From assembly GCA_028023455.1 (NCBI GenBank), contig JAQFVV010000005.1:22506001-22570000 (forward strand): a stretch of DNA of 64,000 bases, written 5' to 3'. The notes beneath the pieces are model-generated. The model was not told the DNA's origin and searched no databases. It was given only the letters and a program-made list of their open reading frames with translations. How positions within the stretch are numbered: the stretch's first letter is position 1; every line of letters begins with the position of its first letter. Below, piece after piece: positions 40,232-52,906 of this stretch. This DNA comes from Epiperipatus broadwayi. Lineage: Eukaryota; Animalia; Onychophora. Made by a program: the position numbers and the translations under genes.

Positions 40232-40489
40232 AATATGTAAAAGTAAGAGCATGCTAATGAGCTCTAAACAAGCCTTTTTTTTTTTATTTATGATAAATGC
40301 TACTACAAGAGAAGTCATTCAAATCATTTTTATCTTGGATTGTCCCCATCCCCAGACTGGTTTCGACCTATGGGTCTCTTCAGTGAGGAGTTGGGACATT
40401 AGATTCAAAAAACCAATAGTAGCATTTATCATAAATAAAATAAAAAAGCTTGTTTAGAGCTAATTAGCATGCTCTTAATTTTACATATT
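40232..40489. mobile_element. Palindromic insertion (about 73-bp arms) enclosing a canonical HHR
   Basis: Arms 40232-40305 and 40417-40489; tail-like tcatgtgac downstream. Confidence 0.8.
40349..40389 (-). ncRNA. Minimal type I hammerhead ribozyme with a canonical core
   Basis: Minus strand TCCTCA CTGAAGA GACC CATA GGTC GAAAC CA GTC^ TGGGGA: 6-bp stem I, 4-bp stem II with G10.1-C11.1, GUC site. Confidence 0.85.
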
Positions 40490-40772
40490 TGTAAGTGCAA
40501 GCTATATATAAGTCATGTGACATCTGACTTTTTATTATTACTACTAATGAAAATAATTATTTGCAATAGGTTTTTTTTTTTTTATATATCTCGACTATAA
40601 ATTAGTTCCTTTTTTTTTTATTAACACTCGTTTATTTTTATTTTTTGTCTCAAATACATGAGCATTTACTTTATATAGGTCAAAATATGAATAATCTGTA
40701 GGTAGAATGAATTACCATGTAGTTTTTGAATGTGTAACTTTCTAATGATAAAACGTTCTTTTAATTCTTTAG

Positions 40773-40889
40773 TTATTACATCTTGCAAAATGATGCTTTG
40801 TGGGATAGAAGCTGAGTGCAAAGAAGATGGAAAAAAAGCTTCGTGTAATTGTAAACCAGGTTTGATTGGAGATCCTCAACAGGAGTGCA
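40773..40889 (+). CDS. EGF-like exon G: ITSCKMMLCGIEAECKEDGKKASCNCKPGLIGDPQQEC
   Basis: ttctttag acceptor, gtaagt donor at 40890, 117 bp, 6 Cys. Confidence 0.92.
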
Positions 40890-41523
40890 GTAAGTCCTTA
40901 TTAGTAATCATTTTAGACAAAAAACTTTTTAAAGCTATAAGTTTACTTAACAATAAATCTATTGTAAATACAGAAATGTAAACCGCCATCTTGTTTGTCA
41001 TATAGTAGGATCTCATAACCATATCATTTGTAATTATATGTTGGACTGTTTCTTTCATGTAGAATTAATTGTTAAATATCTTTAGAAAAATTCAAACTTT
41101 ATTTTAATGTCTCAAATGTATTCAACTGTTAGTAAAAACACACAGGTTGGTATACAAAGCATTTGAAGTGATATTATTATTCTCTCTACTTCAAATGTTA
41201 CTAAACTGATCAGTGACACAACAAGCATGGAACCTTTAAATTTATGGTTACTGAATTTAAGGTGACACTCAGGCTATTCTATCAAAGACAGAATAGTTCA
41301 ATTGTTTACATTGTTATTTTAAAATTAATATTCGCTAATCTAAAGTTTCCAGTTTCGATGTTAATACTATCCAATAGTTAACCAGAAACATCAGAAGAAG
41401 AGAAAATAATACCACCCAAGACATTATGTTATATAATAATATCTGTGGTGTTATTAACAGTTAAATATGTTTGAGAAGTTTAAAGTAGAATTTTTCTAAA
41501 AGACATTTAACAATTAATTTTTT

Positions 41524-41720
41524 AAGCCAATAAACATCACATGATCACCATTTCTTATGCTTGCTTATAACTGATATTAAAACAGGCGAAACTCTCCATA
41601 CAGTATTGCTACTCAGTGCAAGCCAGAGTAATCAAATAATCAATGGATGCTTTCTGGCATCCATTGATTACTCTGGCTTGCACTGAGTGGCAATACTGTA
41701 TGCAGAGTTTTGCCAGTTTT
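41524..41720 (-). mobile_element. HHR-family palindromic retroelement copy (no HHR retained)
   Basis: About 60-bp arms 41576-41635 and about 41665-41724; tail on the minus strand; TSD-like aatta(a/t)tttttt. Confidence 0.82.
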
Positions 41721-43180
41721 AATTATTTTTTTTATAATAAAAATAATAATTTAAGTAAAGTGCCATCCACACAAACTTACAGACAAATATTCATGCCACT
41801 TGATTTTCTCTCGTGCTTAACCAAAATTTATAAATAGTAGTAAACCTTTTGTAATGTACAAATTAAAAAACTTATATTGTTGTTTATGGGTATATGTATT
41901 TATCTTTTACATATTCTGTACTTTGAGGAAGTTGAGAAAATGTGTTTTATCTTACAGAAATGTAAATTAGTTTTCAATTTATTTTTTTCTACGAACTTTT
42001 ATTTAATTGCCAATATTTATTACAATGAAAAAATTCCTGATAGACTCACTTGGTACATCAGGGAAATTGGAGCAGTCTAATATCCTTAAATCTAATCAAG
42101 ATAGTTTTAAATAATGAACACTGAGTTTTGTAGCAAAACAATCATCTGTCTGTGAATATATTTGAATTAACATTGTAGATGTAGTAGATATCTTAACATG
42201 TATATACATTATGTTTATGTTAAATTTAATTTTAAAATCATGCGCAACTGGCCGTCTACAAAAATAAAACTTCTGCTGTATTTTCATTTATTCTTTTTTA
42301 GTCAACATTTTTATGTTGTTGAATTTTAAATGATTCCGAAGCTAAATGATGGTTTTCTGTAGTATGAAAATATCATCGGCCATTTTCTTTTAACATTTTG
42401 CCAATCATGACATTAGTGGTCCCTTTGCCTAAATTAGAAAATTTCAATTTTATTTTCTTTTATTAATTTCTAATTTTTTTAAATTTATTTATTTTTTTGG
42501 ACAGCAAGTAAGTAAATGGTCTTGAGACAGTGGATTTTGGAATCTTATATACTTAAATGGGAATTGAATTCTGGTTATGAATATAAATATAAGTTTGTTT
42601 TATTATTTTATCATATTCAAGTCACTTTGAACAATTAATAGGACTATGTACACCAACCAATAAATATAAAATAAGAAACTAATTAACATATGTGTGGTTC
42701 AATAAAACTCATTCCTAAGTAAAAATTTATAATTTGGATAAAATTATTTTACAATTTTACATTCCAAATAATTTAAAATCATGAGATAAGTACTTTTAGA
42801 CAATATTTGAAACATATTTCTTAAGTTGTGAATTAATATATATATAGGTTAGGTATCAAGAATTAATCGTTCACAAAATGATGATGAAAACTGTGAATTA
42901 TAGAAGTAAAGACTTCACTAGTCTTAATTAACCAGTGGGCAATATTGGCTAAAGTTCCTGTCATTATAGGAAATAAAAATAGATAGAATTGATTAAATAT
43001 GCTTTCAGGAAAATTTTCTTCAGAGTCATCTATTGTAAGCTTCATAACCAATGAATAATAGATGATAGATTTGTTATATTTATATCAAAAACAATAGAGA
43101 TTTTAAAATTTCAGGTCCTTAACTTAATTGTATAAAGAAGTTGAAGTATGGCTGCCAAATGTATAAAAACATTAATTGTA

Positions 43181-43417
43181 TATAAACAAGGATGTGATGA
43201 TGTGATGTGATGTATTGTGGCTTCTCCTTAAACGAAGTCAAGAATATCTCAGCAATTATACCCAGATAAACCTGTTAGCCACTTTATTTTCCATTCCCCA
43301 CTCTAAATTTTCCCATATTCTGCTCCATCCCATTTCCACAACATAATCTTTGTCAACTCTATAACCTTTATATCTAAATCAATGGAGAGATGGTGATCTT
43401 GTGATGCTTAATGGTTT
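43181..43417. mobile_element. Composite insertion: HHR-family termini enclosing an inverted LINE 3' end (43191-43381)
   Basis: 13-bp TSD aacattaattgta at 43168-43180 and 43418-43430; the internal part is the reverse complement of the LINE 3' end at about 57400-57594. Confidence 0.75.
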
Positions 43418-44108
43418 AACATTAATTGTAGTTTTAGGCAAAAATTCTCATTGATAAACCCCAAAATTTAGAATCTATTTGGAAATGTGAATGTAATAGC
43501 ACTATTATCTAGTGTTCATTGATTTATCAAGTTTACAATAGATGGCTCTGGAGTAGAAGGAAGTGAAGTGTTTCTGAATGCAAAGAAAATCATGACACTT
43601 TGTTAATACAATGAATTTAATAATCATTTTTTCACATGTAATGCAAGAAGCCAAAAAATCTGTTATATTATCATCTTGGAGAAAAATTTTTACATAAAAA
43701 GCATCATAGATTAAATCATGAAGAAAGCCTATATTAAAGATATTTAAGATCTTCCTAGTGTTTATAAATGAGCTCATTTAAATTTTTTTTTTAAATTTTA
43801 GTCCAATAGTAGTCTCTTGTAGACATTGTCAATTTTGTTTCTAATCACTACTAAACCAAACAGTAAGTCTCTTAGCACAATAATATTAAAAATAGAATTA
43901 TTATCATAAAATCATACATTAGACATTGATTGAATCAGTTCTGTTTTAATCTTTTGTTTTTGTAATTTTTTTTTTTAATGTTTCGACCATGATTTAATAA
44001 TCATCATCATATGTGAATTAACATAGGAATTTTAATTAACTAAGTTCATATATTTGTCTCAGTTTTGGATACTTTTTGTTTACTGTGTATTTCTTTAATG
44101 TTTTTAAG

Positions 44109-44219
44109 AACCACCTGAAGAACCCTGTAAGAAGATTAAATGTGGAATCAATGCTTTCTGTAATGATGGAAAATGTCAATGCAACTTTGGCTTTGATGGA
44201 GAACCTATGCAGACATGTT
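44109..44219 (+). CDS. EGF-like exon H (short C3-C4 loop): PPEEPCKKIKCGINAFCNDGKCQCNFGFDGEPMQTC
   Basis: tttttaag acceptor, gtaagt donor at 44220, 111 bp, 6 Cys. Confidence 0.9.
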
Positions 44220-44687
44220 GTAAGTAAATAATTTTTATTACTTAGTAGCACATTTAAGTATGTGTGTGTGTGATCTGGCTGCATTCAATATTTATTTCAC
44301 ATATATATGATTAATAAATACACTTTGAAATAAATGTAAGCAAATATAGAATTCAATCTCCAATTATTATGCCTGAAATGTTAGTCAGTCAATTAGCATA
44401 ATTTTATTTTTTAATACAGTTATTACTTTTCATGATTTTATTTTGAGATATGCAAGCACAGTTTGTATTTATCATTCTGATAAATCTCTTGATTGTCACA
44501 ATCCTGTTTAAATGGATCAAGATATGGAAATTGCTTGTAGCTGGTTTAAGGCTATATAATCATGAAATAAACTTAGGATTTTGAATAATCTCTGTTAAGT
44601 GGTGTTGAAAATTATAATGCCAAAATAAATGGTTTAGATAACTCCAATTTTTGAAATAGAAGTAATTATGTTTTTTATATATTTATG

Positions 44688-44956
44688 CAATGCAACATTT
44701 TGTTTTTATTATTTTGACTGTCTAATACTCTTCGTTGGAGCTTCTATTCCCTTCTATTGAGAATAATTTAACAGAGACAAAACTAGAAACTCTGATGAAG
44801 ACTACTTGCTGGACTATTGAAATTTGTAGCAGATAACACTTTTGACTGTCCAACAGCCTTTATCATAGTTTCTAATCTTTTCATTAAATTGTTCTTAATA
44901 GAAGAGTCTAGAAGTTTGTTGAACAATCAAAACAATAAGAACAAAATATTGCATTG
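44688..44956. repeat. Decayed palindrome with a degenerate HHR-like core in the spacer
   Basis: caatgcaacatttttgtttttatt / aataagaacaaaatattgcattg; spacer contains ctgatgaagact...gaaa. Confidence 0.6.
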
Positions 44957-45623
44957 AATAAATATATAGAAAAAAGGATATAATTACTTACATTTAATAA
45001 TATAAAAAATGGATATAAGTTAATGAAGAAGATAGGAGATTACAAATATAATTTCAATTTTTATAGAAATTTTAAAGTGCTTGTTGCCTTTATAAAAAAA
45101 TGAATTGGATTTGCTCTTAATGATATGTTTCTGATAGCCTTATTCATGTCTTTGACTTAAGACAGCATGAGAAAACATGTTTATTGTTTTTCTTTGCTGC
45201 ATAACACCATATTGTGCTACTTGATTTTTTTATAAATTCTAAGGTCACCTAATTCGACATTTATGCAATCAAAGAAAGAATATTCCATGATTAATAAGCC
45301 ACCAAACATGGAGAAATATTAGTGATGAAGTATTGCACACTTAAATATGAACATATCTAATTGTTACAACATTAGTGATTAGCTACTTATTTTTCCGATG
45401 GCTCTTAATTTTTTTTTTATTTAATTACCAAAATAACATCAGAAATAGTGATTGTATCTTTAGAGAGAATATAACATTTACTTATTGAAAATTTTGAAGC
45501 CAGTTTCACAGACCAATTTTTTTTTTAATTGATTGATTTCATTTATTTTTGATTTTGTGCTGCTTTATTTTATTAGCTGCAATAAAAAAATTTACTATTT
45601 GCAATATGCTGTTTTATTTCTAG

Positions 45624-45752
45624 TTAAAAATCCAAACCCATGTTTTAATTTTCAATGCCGTGGAGTTTTAGTTTGTGCTGTAATTCGTGATCAACCTATG
45701 TGTGTATGCCCACCAGATATGATTGGATCCCCACATACAGGCTGCTTTAAAG
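45624..45752 (+). CDS. EGF-like exon I: KNPNPCFNFQCRGVLVCAVIRDQPMCVCPPDMIGSPHTGCFK
   Basis: atttctag acceptor, gtaatg donor at 45753, 129 bp, 6 Cys. Confidence 0.9.
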
Positions 45753-48309
45753 GTAATGTAAAAAATATATTTTGCCTTTGTTTATGTTTATCAAAAATAA
45801 ATTTTGATGACAGTCTTATATTTTTAAAAAATCAATTAGTGTATATATTTATAAAGTTAATAATTTAAGTTATTGGTTGAATCCAATAAATAGGATACAT
45901 GATCTGATATCAGCAAGACATTGATGTTTTACCAATGATGCTATTTTAGTAGTTAAAATACTAGTTCTTGCAACTGAAATACATATTATATTTACTTCTT
46001 TAAACATTAATACATTACCATTAATTATCCCCCATGTAACATAACAACCTCAGAATTCTTTTTAAGCCTTCTTATCTATCACTCCAGTTTTAGATTATAA
46101 CTTTTTTTATTATTTTTAAATCATTAGTCAATTTTTTTATTTCTTCTCCTCACATATTCTTCATCTAATGTCAAGGAAAAGTTTTTAAATGATAATAGAG
46201 GGTGGAAAATCTCCATGATAAAAGAAGGGAAATAAAATGTTATGAAAGTTATAAATTGGAACTAAAAAGAATAAGGATGAAGGTTTAATAATATTTATAA
46301 GAAAAATAAAATGTGGCATGAATGAATATTTGATCAAGGAATAATAATATGAAAAATATTCACTTGAAAGTCTTTAGTTGATAGTAATTGAATTTATTTA
46401 CATTGTGGTTTGATCCAAGGTATACATAAAACATTCTTGAATTATCTACTGAAAGCCATTGAACTTCATAAGTCATTGAAGATGAACCTGAGCATGTATA
46501 TAAATGTATGGGAAATTATTAATCACATTCAAAATATAAAGTTTAAAATAGATATTCCATTTAAGAATTCAGTCAGAAAATACTGTATAGACTCTCTGGA
46601 ATCTTTTGGACATAACCACTATTCATGACTCCATCATGCAGACCAATGTGAATTTTTCTAAGTGTGGCACTATTAATGACTCTGAGTATCATTCTGACTA
46701 TTGAGAAACTAAAGCATTCTCGATGGAATAATATAAAGTTATGGAAATTACAATAACTATACAACTCAAGTTCTTACTTTTGTATTTATTGGAAACATGA
46801 ATTTAACAATATTTTTTTACTTTCAATATACAAATATATGAATTACATATAATTTAAAGTAATTTATATGTATTTGTAAAATAACAATAAAAATGGTTTA
46901 TTCAATAAAATCTAAACCTAGTTTGAAATCTTCTGATCAAGACTTTTTTGAGTCACCGAGCTTTTCTTTTGTAGATTTTCTTTCTGACAAGTTTTTCTTA
47001 GCTCTATCTTCAATTTTCTATACACTTCTATGTATCATTTTTTTACTAGACTTATTTCCAAATAGAATTAAGGCTTTTGCAGGATCTTAATTAGTTCTGC
47101 TAGGATGGAGTTCAATTAAAAAATAACTCCACCTTCTTTCTATTAGTTTAAACAAATATATTTATATTTCTATTAACATTGTTTTTATTATGCCTTCTGT
47201 AGAAATCTATAATCTTTATATTAACTAACCTTGCAGAACCCATGTTTTTATCAGTAAACATGATGTCATCAGCTGCTCAGGAGCTCACTTGCATAGCCAT
47301 TCCGTTTTTATTTAAATAAGCTCACAACATTCAGTTTGATATTAACGTTTGAATGTGAATGTTAACAGTTTAATAGAAATTAAGTTGTTATGGTTTGTGA
47401 TCTCGCTTGTCTCCAAAGCAATTGATAGTGTCGGATTTGATTAATAAAATTATATATTCTGCACATGGTTAGTTGATGGTACATAAAATCATCAGTTTTT
47501 ATAAATTTTTATAGAGACTGTAAATAAAAAATGATGTTAATAGGTTATACAATATATATAGTATTGCTAAATTACTAATATAATCCGTAATAAAAATTAA
47601 CTTTTATGTTATTTTTCTTAAATTAACATACATATATAGGAGGAATGCCTGGGATTTTAAGAATTGAAAATGACTGCAAAAAAAATGTGTTGAATACAGT
47701 TGTATAATTTACAAATTCACCCTGCTTCAGTTACCCAAGAAGTCATATGATGTTTAAATAGCAACAATTGGTCCCAATACTTTAATTCCTTTAAATGAAC
47801 TGAAATTCTTTTCGCTTTCATTGTCTCAGAATCAATTCGGAAAATTTTGGTTCCTGAGTCTGTCACTGAGCTAAACGGTACTTACATGCTCTCTCATTCA
47901 CAAAAATTGTATTTTAAGACTTTTGCTTCGAAATATATTTTGGGGAATTAAAAGAGACACATGTGACAAAATTTATTCATGATAATTCTTGAAAGTATAC
48001 AGATTTTTTAAAATGATTAGTAAATATTATTATATATATTAAAAGAGAAAAAATTATTATAGTTTGACTAATTAAGAAATTTGAAAACTTTAATTCCATA
48101 GTATATTACTATAAAATAGTAAATTCTAATAGGGAAGTAAACAATTGATATTATTTTTAAACTTGTGAGAAGGCTAATTAACTTTTATGAGAAACATAGT
48201 TAAGTGTGAAGTTTTTTGTAGTTTTTTTAATGTATGTAAATTTTTCAATCTAATTATAAATAATTTTTTATTTAATCATCTTACGAATATATATATTTTA
48301 ATTAATTAG

Positions 48310-48432
48310 ATTGGTGTAGGGTCAATTTTTGCACTCCTGGAACCATCTGCATGAATACAGGAACTTCCTTTGAATGTATTTGCCCTAATGGAATGATAGC
48401 TCCTCCTAACGGAATTTGTCCTAAACCTCCTG
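48310..48432 (+). CDS. EGF-like exon J: WCRVNFCTPGTICMNTGTSFECICPNGMIAPPNGICPKPP
   Basis: aattag acceptor, gtaagt donor at 48433, 123 bp, 6 Cys. Confidence 0.88.
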
Positions 48433-49299
48433 GTAAGTGTTATTTTTTTATTTACTTACTATTTTTTGAAATAAAATTAAAGAATTTTTTTTTTTTCAGT
48501 TTGTATTATTCTTTGTTTGAAAATTGGGAAAATAATTAATTCACTATGGGGTATTAATAACAACAAACCATGAAACTTCCTAACTTAAAAAGAGCAGCTC
48601 TCTATTTTAGTGCCATCTAGCATAATATTGAGTAATCAGTGACTACCAAATATATAAAATCTTTCTACTTAGTGTTTAAATCATTATTTTTAAACTGGTT
48701 TCTGCTTCTTATTTTTATCACTAGGGCTTGAGATTCAAAGTTGAAAGGAATGCAGACGTGCATCCAGAAAACATGTTTAGTTCTATTTTACCTGTCAGGC
48801 TAAAAATTTAAATCGGCCTCAGATTTTGAGCCCAAGTCACCTGAATAAGTAAGTATATAATTAGATGGTACTAATATGGAGAACTGCTTTTGTCTATAGG
48901 GTACTACAACCGAGTGATAACACTTAATCATCATTAATGATAATTTGACGATGTTTATCATCCTAATTTTAATAATCATTGAAATTAACATCACAATAAT
49001 TAGGCAAAGTATTGAAGTCTTTCAAAGCTAAAACTTACTGTGGAAGAAGTTTAAACACAGCATCACTAAATGTCAAAAAAAAAAAAGACAGAATCAAACA
49101 TGAAATATGTGGTCCATAAATTGGTTTATATAGTCATCATAAAATATATCTTAAATGTTTTTTTTTATTTATTTTTCTCTCGTTTTTTTTTTTTTTTGTG
49201 GTGTTTAAACATTTTCTACCAGTTTACAAGTGACTGCTAATTATAATCTATTTTAAATTTATTAATAATAAGATTTACACATATTTTATTTTTTTATAG

Positions 49300-49392
49300 T
49301 TACAATTCCTATATGTGGACGTAATTCATTTTTTATGAATGGAGAATGTCAATGCCCCTTAGGATATTGGGGAGATCCGCGCTTCTACTGTA
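49300..49392 (+). CDS. Truncated 4-Cys EGF-like exon K: TIPICGRNSFFMNGECQCPLGYWGDPRFYC
   Basis: tttttatag acceptor, gtaagt donor at 49393, 93 bp, keeps CxC and GxxGDP motifs. Confidence 0.85.
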
Positions 49393-49501
49393 GTAAGTAA
49401 TCATGCTTGTATAGAAGACATGGAAAAATGTATTTGTTTTATCTGATGTAGTTGCTTTTAGATATTTTTTTTAAATAATTTAAATAACTTTTACTTTTTA
49501 G

Positions 49502-49639
49502 TACCTCCACCCCAGCAGTGCAGGCCACATGAACATGCCTTATGTGGACCCAACACACAATGTATTATTAATGAGATTGAGATTAAATGCACTTGTCTGC
49601 CAGGATTTCAAGGTCATCCCCCAGACACCCCTTGCATTA
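49502..49639 (+). CDS. EGF-like exon L: PPPQQCRPHEHALCGPNTQCIINEIEIKCTCLPGFQGHPPDTPCI
   Basis: ctttttag acceptor, gtaaga donor at 49640, 138 bp, 6 Cys. Confidence 0.92.
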
Positions 49640-49727
49640 GTAAGACCCATAAATCATAGTTAAGCATTTAATTAAATTTTTTATATTTTTTTGAAACCAA
49701 GAATGAAAATCAAAACTATTATTTCAG

Positions 49728-49862
49728 ATATAAATGAATGCTCGCCGGAACAAAGAGATCACTGTGGTCCCAATTCTGAATGTGTAATCGGTGCTGGACG
49801 ATTTCCATTTTGCTATTGTCATGATGGTTTCATTGGTAACCCACCGCAGAAATATTGTGAAC
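49728..49862 (+). CDS. EGF-like exon M: INECSPEQRDHCGPNSECVIGAGRFPFCYCHDGFIGNPPQKYCE
   Basis: atttcag acceptor, gtaagt donor at 49863, 135 bp, 6 Cys. Confidence 0.93.
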
Positions 49863-50949
49863 GTAAGTATTACATGTATTAAATTTCAAACACATGGTTT
49901 ACCTGTAATGATGTCATTTATTCTAACTTTATTTTATTATTTGATCTGTGCTATAAATTTAAAGGGCTTGCATTGCAGAAGTAACACATTGGCCTGCCAT
50001 GTTTTTTTATCTGGGATTCAGATCTAGACTAAGTAAAATTTTTTCATGAGGCTTAGGATTTTTATCTCAAGTAATCCAGCTTAACCATTCAATATTATTT
50101 GTGCTGTATACAGGGGTTATGGACTTTCTATAGGTTTTGCCAAGCTATATTTCAATTTCATAACTGAATATCTAGCTATTCTTACCTAGAGGGTAAAATA
50201 AGGATGGAAAATTTTTCAAGCTCTCGCTATCCAATGACCTTGTAAGTTTGGTGGGTACCACCTTCTCCTTTACTGTTTTTCTATGATTATCTGATGGATA
50301 AGTCTTAACCATGCAGTGGACTATTTATTAAAAAGCCTGTTTCATTATATCATAAGTTTAGAAATAAGAAATTCTTTATTGGATATTTGGTGAATAAATG
50401 AGTCACAGGAATATAAACAATAGTCTCCCATGTTCAATCATAAATACGATGAAGATTGGGATATGCCTTATATACTTTCAGGTGTAGTTCTTTTTCTTCT
50501 ACATTGTTTCCATCTACTGGAAGATTGTGTAATTAATGGTAGTTCTATTACATCCATATCTCCATACTAGTATCTAGTCTATTATCAAAGGCTATGAATC
50601 AGTAACTAATCTGGAGGCATGAATAATAACTCCATCATTTGGTGTCCATTGATTACTCATACTAACAGTAAATAATTCTAGAATACAGTGACATAAATAA
50701 ATACTAGCCTATTTGCCTATTTTCTTACATCTTTTCCCCATTATCTCACCCCCTCCTATTCTCCCAATTCCATTCTCCCTTTTTTTGAAAAGCTGTTTAT
50801 TTTTCTACTAAATAGATTAACATGAATTTATGGATTATATATTAATCAAATAAATATTTAAGTTACAAATATCTATTAATATTAAACAAAAAACATCACA
50901 TGATAATAGCTTATACAAAGCTTTTCAGAAGCTAAATCCATTTATGCAA

Positions 50950-51110
50950 TTCTAGTTCTGCTACCTAATATAAATTTGAGTAATCAATAAATGCTATATG
51001 GTAGCGCTCATTAATCCCTATCCAGTGCTGTCTCATCCATATTTTCAAACTAATTTCTAAGTTATGGCTTTTGTTAATGAAGAATTTTAGATCTGGATCT
51101 AATATCAATG
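50950..51110 (-). mobile_element. Old, AT-decayed member of the HHR family (similar copy at about 53900-54060; arm fragments at about 52210-52260, 58088-58182, 60345-60415)
   Basis: gagtaatcaat...ccatattttcaaactaatttctaagttatggc aligns by eye to ccaatatccccagactagtttctggcttgtggc. Confidence 0.55.
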
Positions 51111-51469
51111 CATCTTTCATTCAGCTATACCTTTTATCTAAAACATTTTAATATTTTGATCCAAGTGAAACTGGTGTTATGTGGCTTTTTTTTTAAATTT
51201 TATTCAATCCTAGCTAAAGAATAGATGCATCTGCAATTATAAAAAAAATTTTTTAAGAACACCAAAATACACAGATATTGAATTAGTTTCAATTTTTTGT
51301 AACTAAGAAGCATATTGGTGGATTCAAAACCTTAAGATGTTTTTGAATTTTAAATTGGAAGCTTGAAATTAAAAAATAAAAGTAAAAGATGATTGCTGAA
51401 TGCAATGTGCCTTAGATCCAAAAATCTAAATGCCCTGGGTCAAGATCCAAAACTTCTTGTTAAGAAAAG

Positions 51470-52177
51470 TGTTACGCCAAAATTAGAATGGGAATTTGAA
51501 ATAGGACAGCACTGGTAATATATACAAGGCCATGCAGTCAGTTGGCAGTTGAATATAAACACAAAGTTCAATAAAACTTCAAGAGTTTATTTACTCTGAA
51601 TAATAATGGTATTAGCAAGGTAGTTAATAGTTCAACTTGTCTAACTGCTAGTTGAATATATGATCAGTTAGATCTTAAAGTTCATTAAATTATCTCCTGA
51701 GTAATTCATATATATTTAGTCTCTTTATTTTGCAAACATCTTACTGCTCACACACATTATATCAGAGATAGTCCAAATAGATTCTTGACTAGAGTTCTTT
51801 TTTATTAATATCCAGAACAACTTTACATTTACTAGTTTAACTTTACACTAGTTTACTTTTTGTTTTCTTCCTCCATTACTTTACACTTGACTTGCACTTT
51901 ACTCCATTGGACAACTTGCACATTAAACAATTCCTTAATTTTTCTGCAGACTCTTTTATCACTTTAGCTAATTTGCATAAAGTAACTTTCTTTAACATGC
52001 AAATTAGCTTGTTACTATTTTTCAGTAAGTTTTATTTCTTTTCTGCATAACTAATTAGCTGTTTCTTTTCTGAAATATTTTAACATATTATTTTTAACAG
52101 CTTGCACACACACCTTTATTTATCCTTTAATAAATATACTATATATATATATGTATGTGTGTGTACACCGCAACTGG
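51470..52177. mobile_element. Possible LTR-like insertion
   Basis: Starts tgttacg and is flanked by aaaag direct repeats, but the other end is not CA. Confidence 0.3.
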
Positions 52178-52872
52178 AAAAGAAATTAATAGGTATTATC
52201 CTCTAATATCTACTGATTATTCAAGTTTACACTAGGTGGCAGAACTGGATTCATGTAAAAGGATTTAACATCATTATCTCCATATTCTCTGCCAAATCTT
52301 AAATATTAATATTCAATACATTTTCAGAAATGATAACCAATTTTTAAATAATAAAGTATACATAATTATGCGAGAAAAGTATAAAAAGTTTTGAAATATG
52401 ATAAATTATTTATAAAACTGTGACAGTTCTTTGGGGAAAAAAAAAAAGGTTAAACAAGAAAATTTAAAGTAGTAATTAAAATATATTTAATTTTTTAATA
52501 TCTTGTAAAAATAGATCTCCCCCTTCTATGTCTTAGCTCCTAATTCCCTAATTAGAAAATTCCTAAATTTCCAGGAGTAAGAATAACAAATAATATTTTG
52601 TAATGTCAGTATAAGACCCAATAAATCAACAATTCAAAAGGCTTTATAATGTAACAATATATTCACTTTTTATACAAATATAAATATATATCACTAGATA
52701 AGCTCGAAACCAATTGGTCTAGAGGTAGGGTTTTAATGATAGAGATTTTGAATTCTTTCTCTTTTGGCACTTATAAAAATAGAGCTTGTTTAGAGCTATT
52801 GGTAAGCTCCATCTAGTGATCATTTAAATGCAAGCTTAAAACCAAGTTACAAAATTTATAACTTGTTTATTA

Positions 52873-52906
<34 letters not shown>

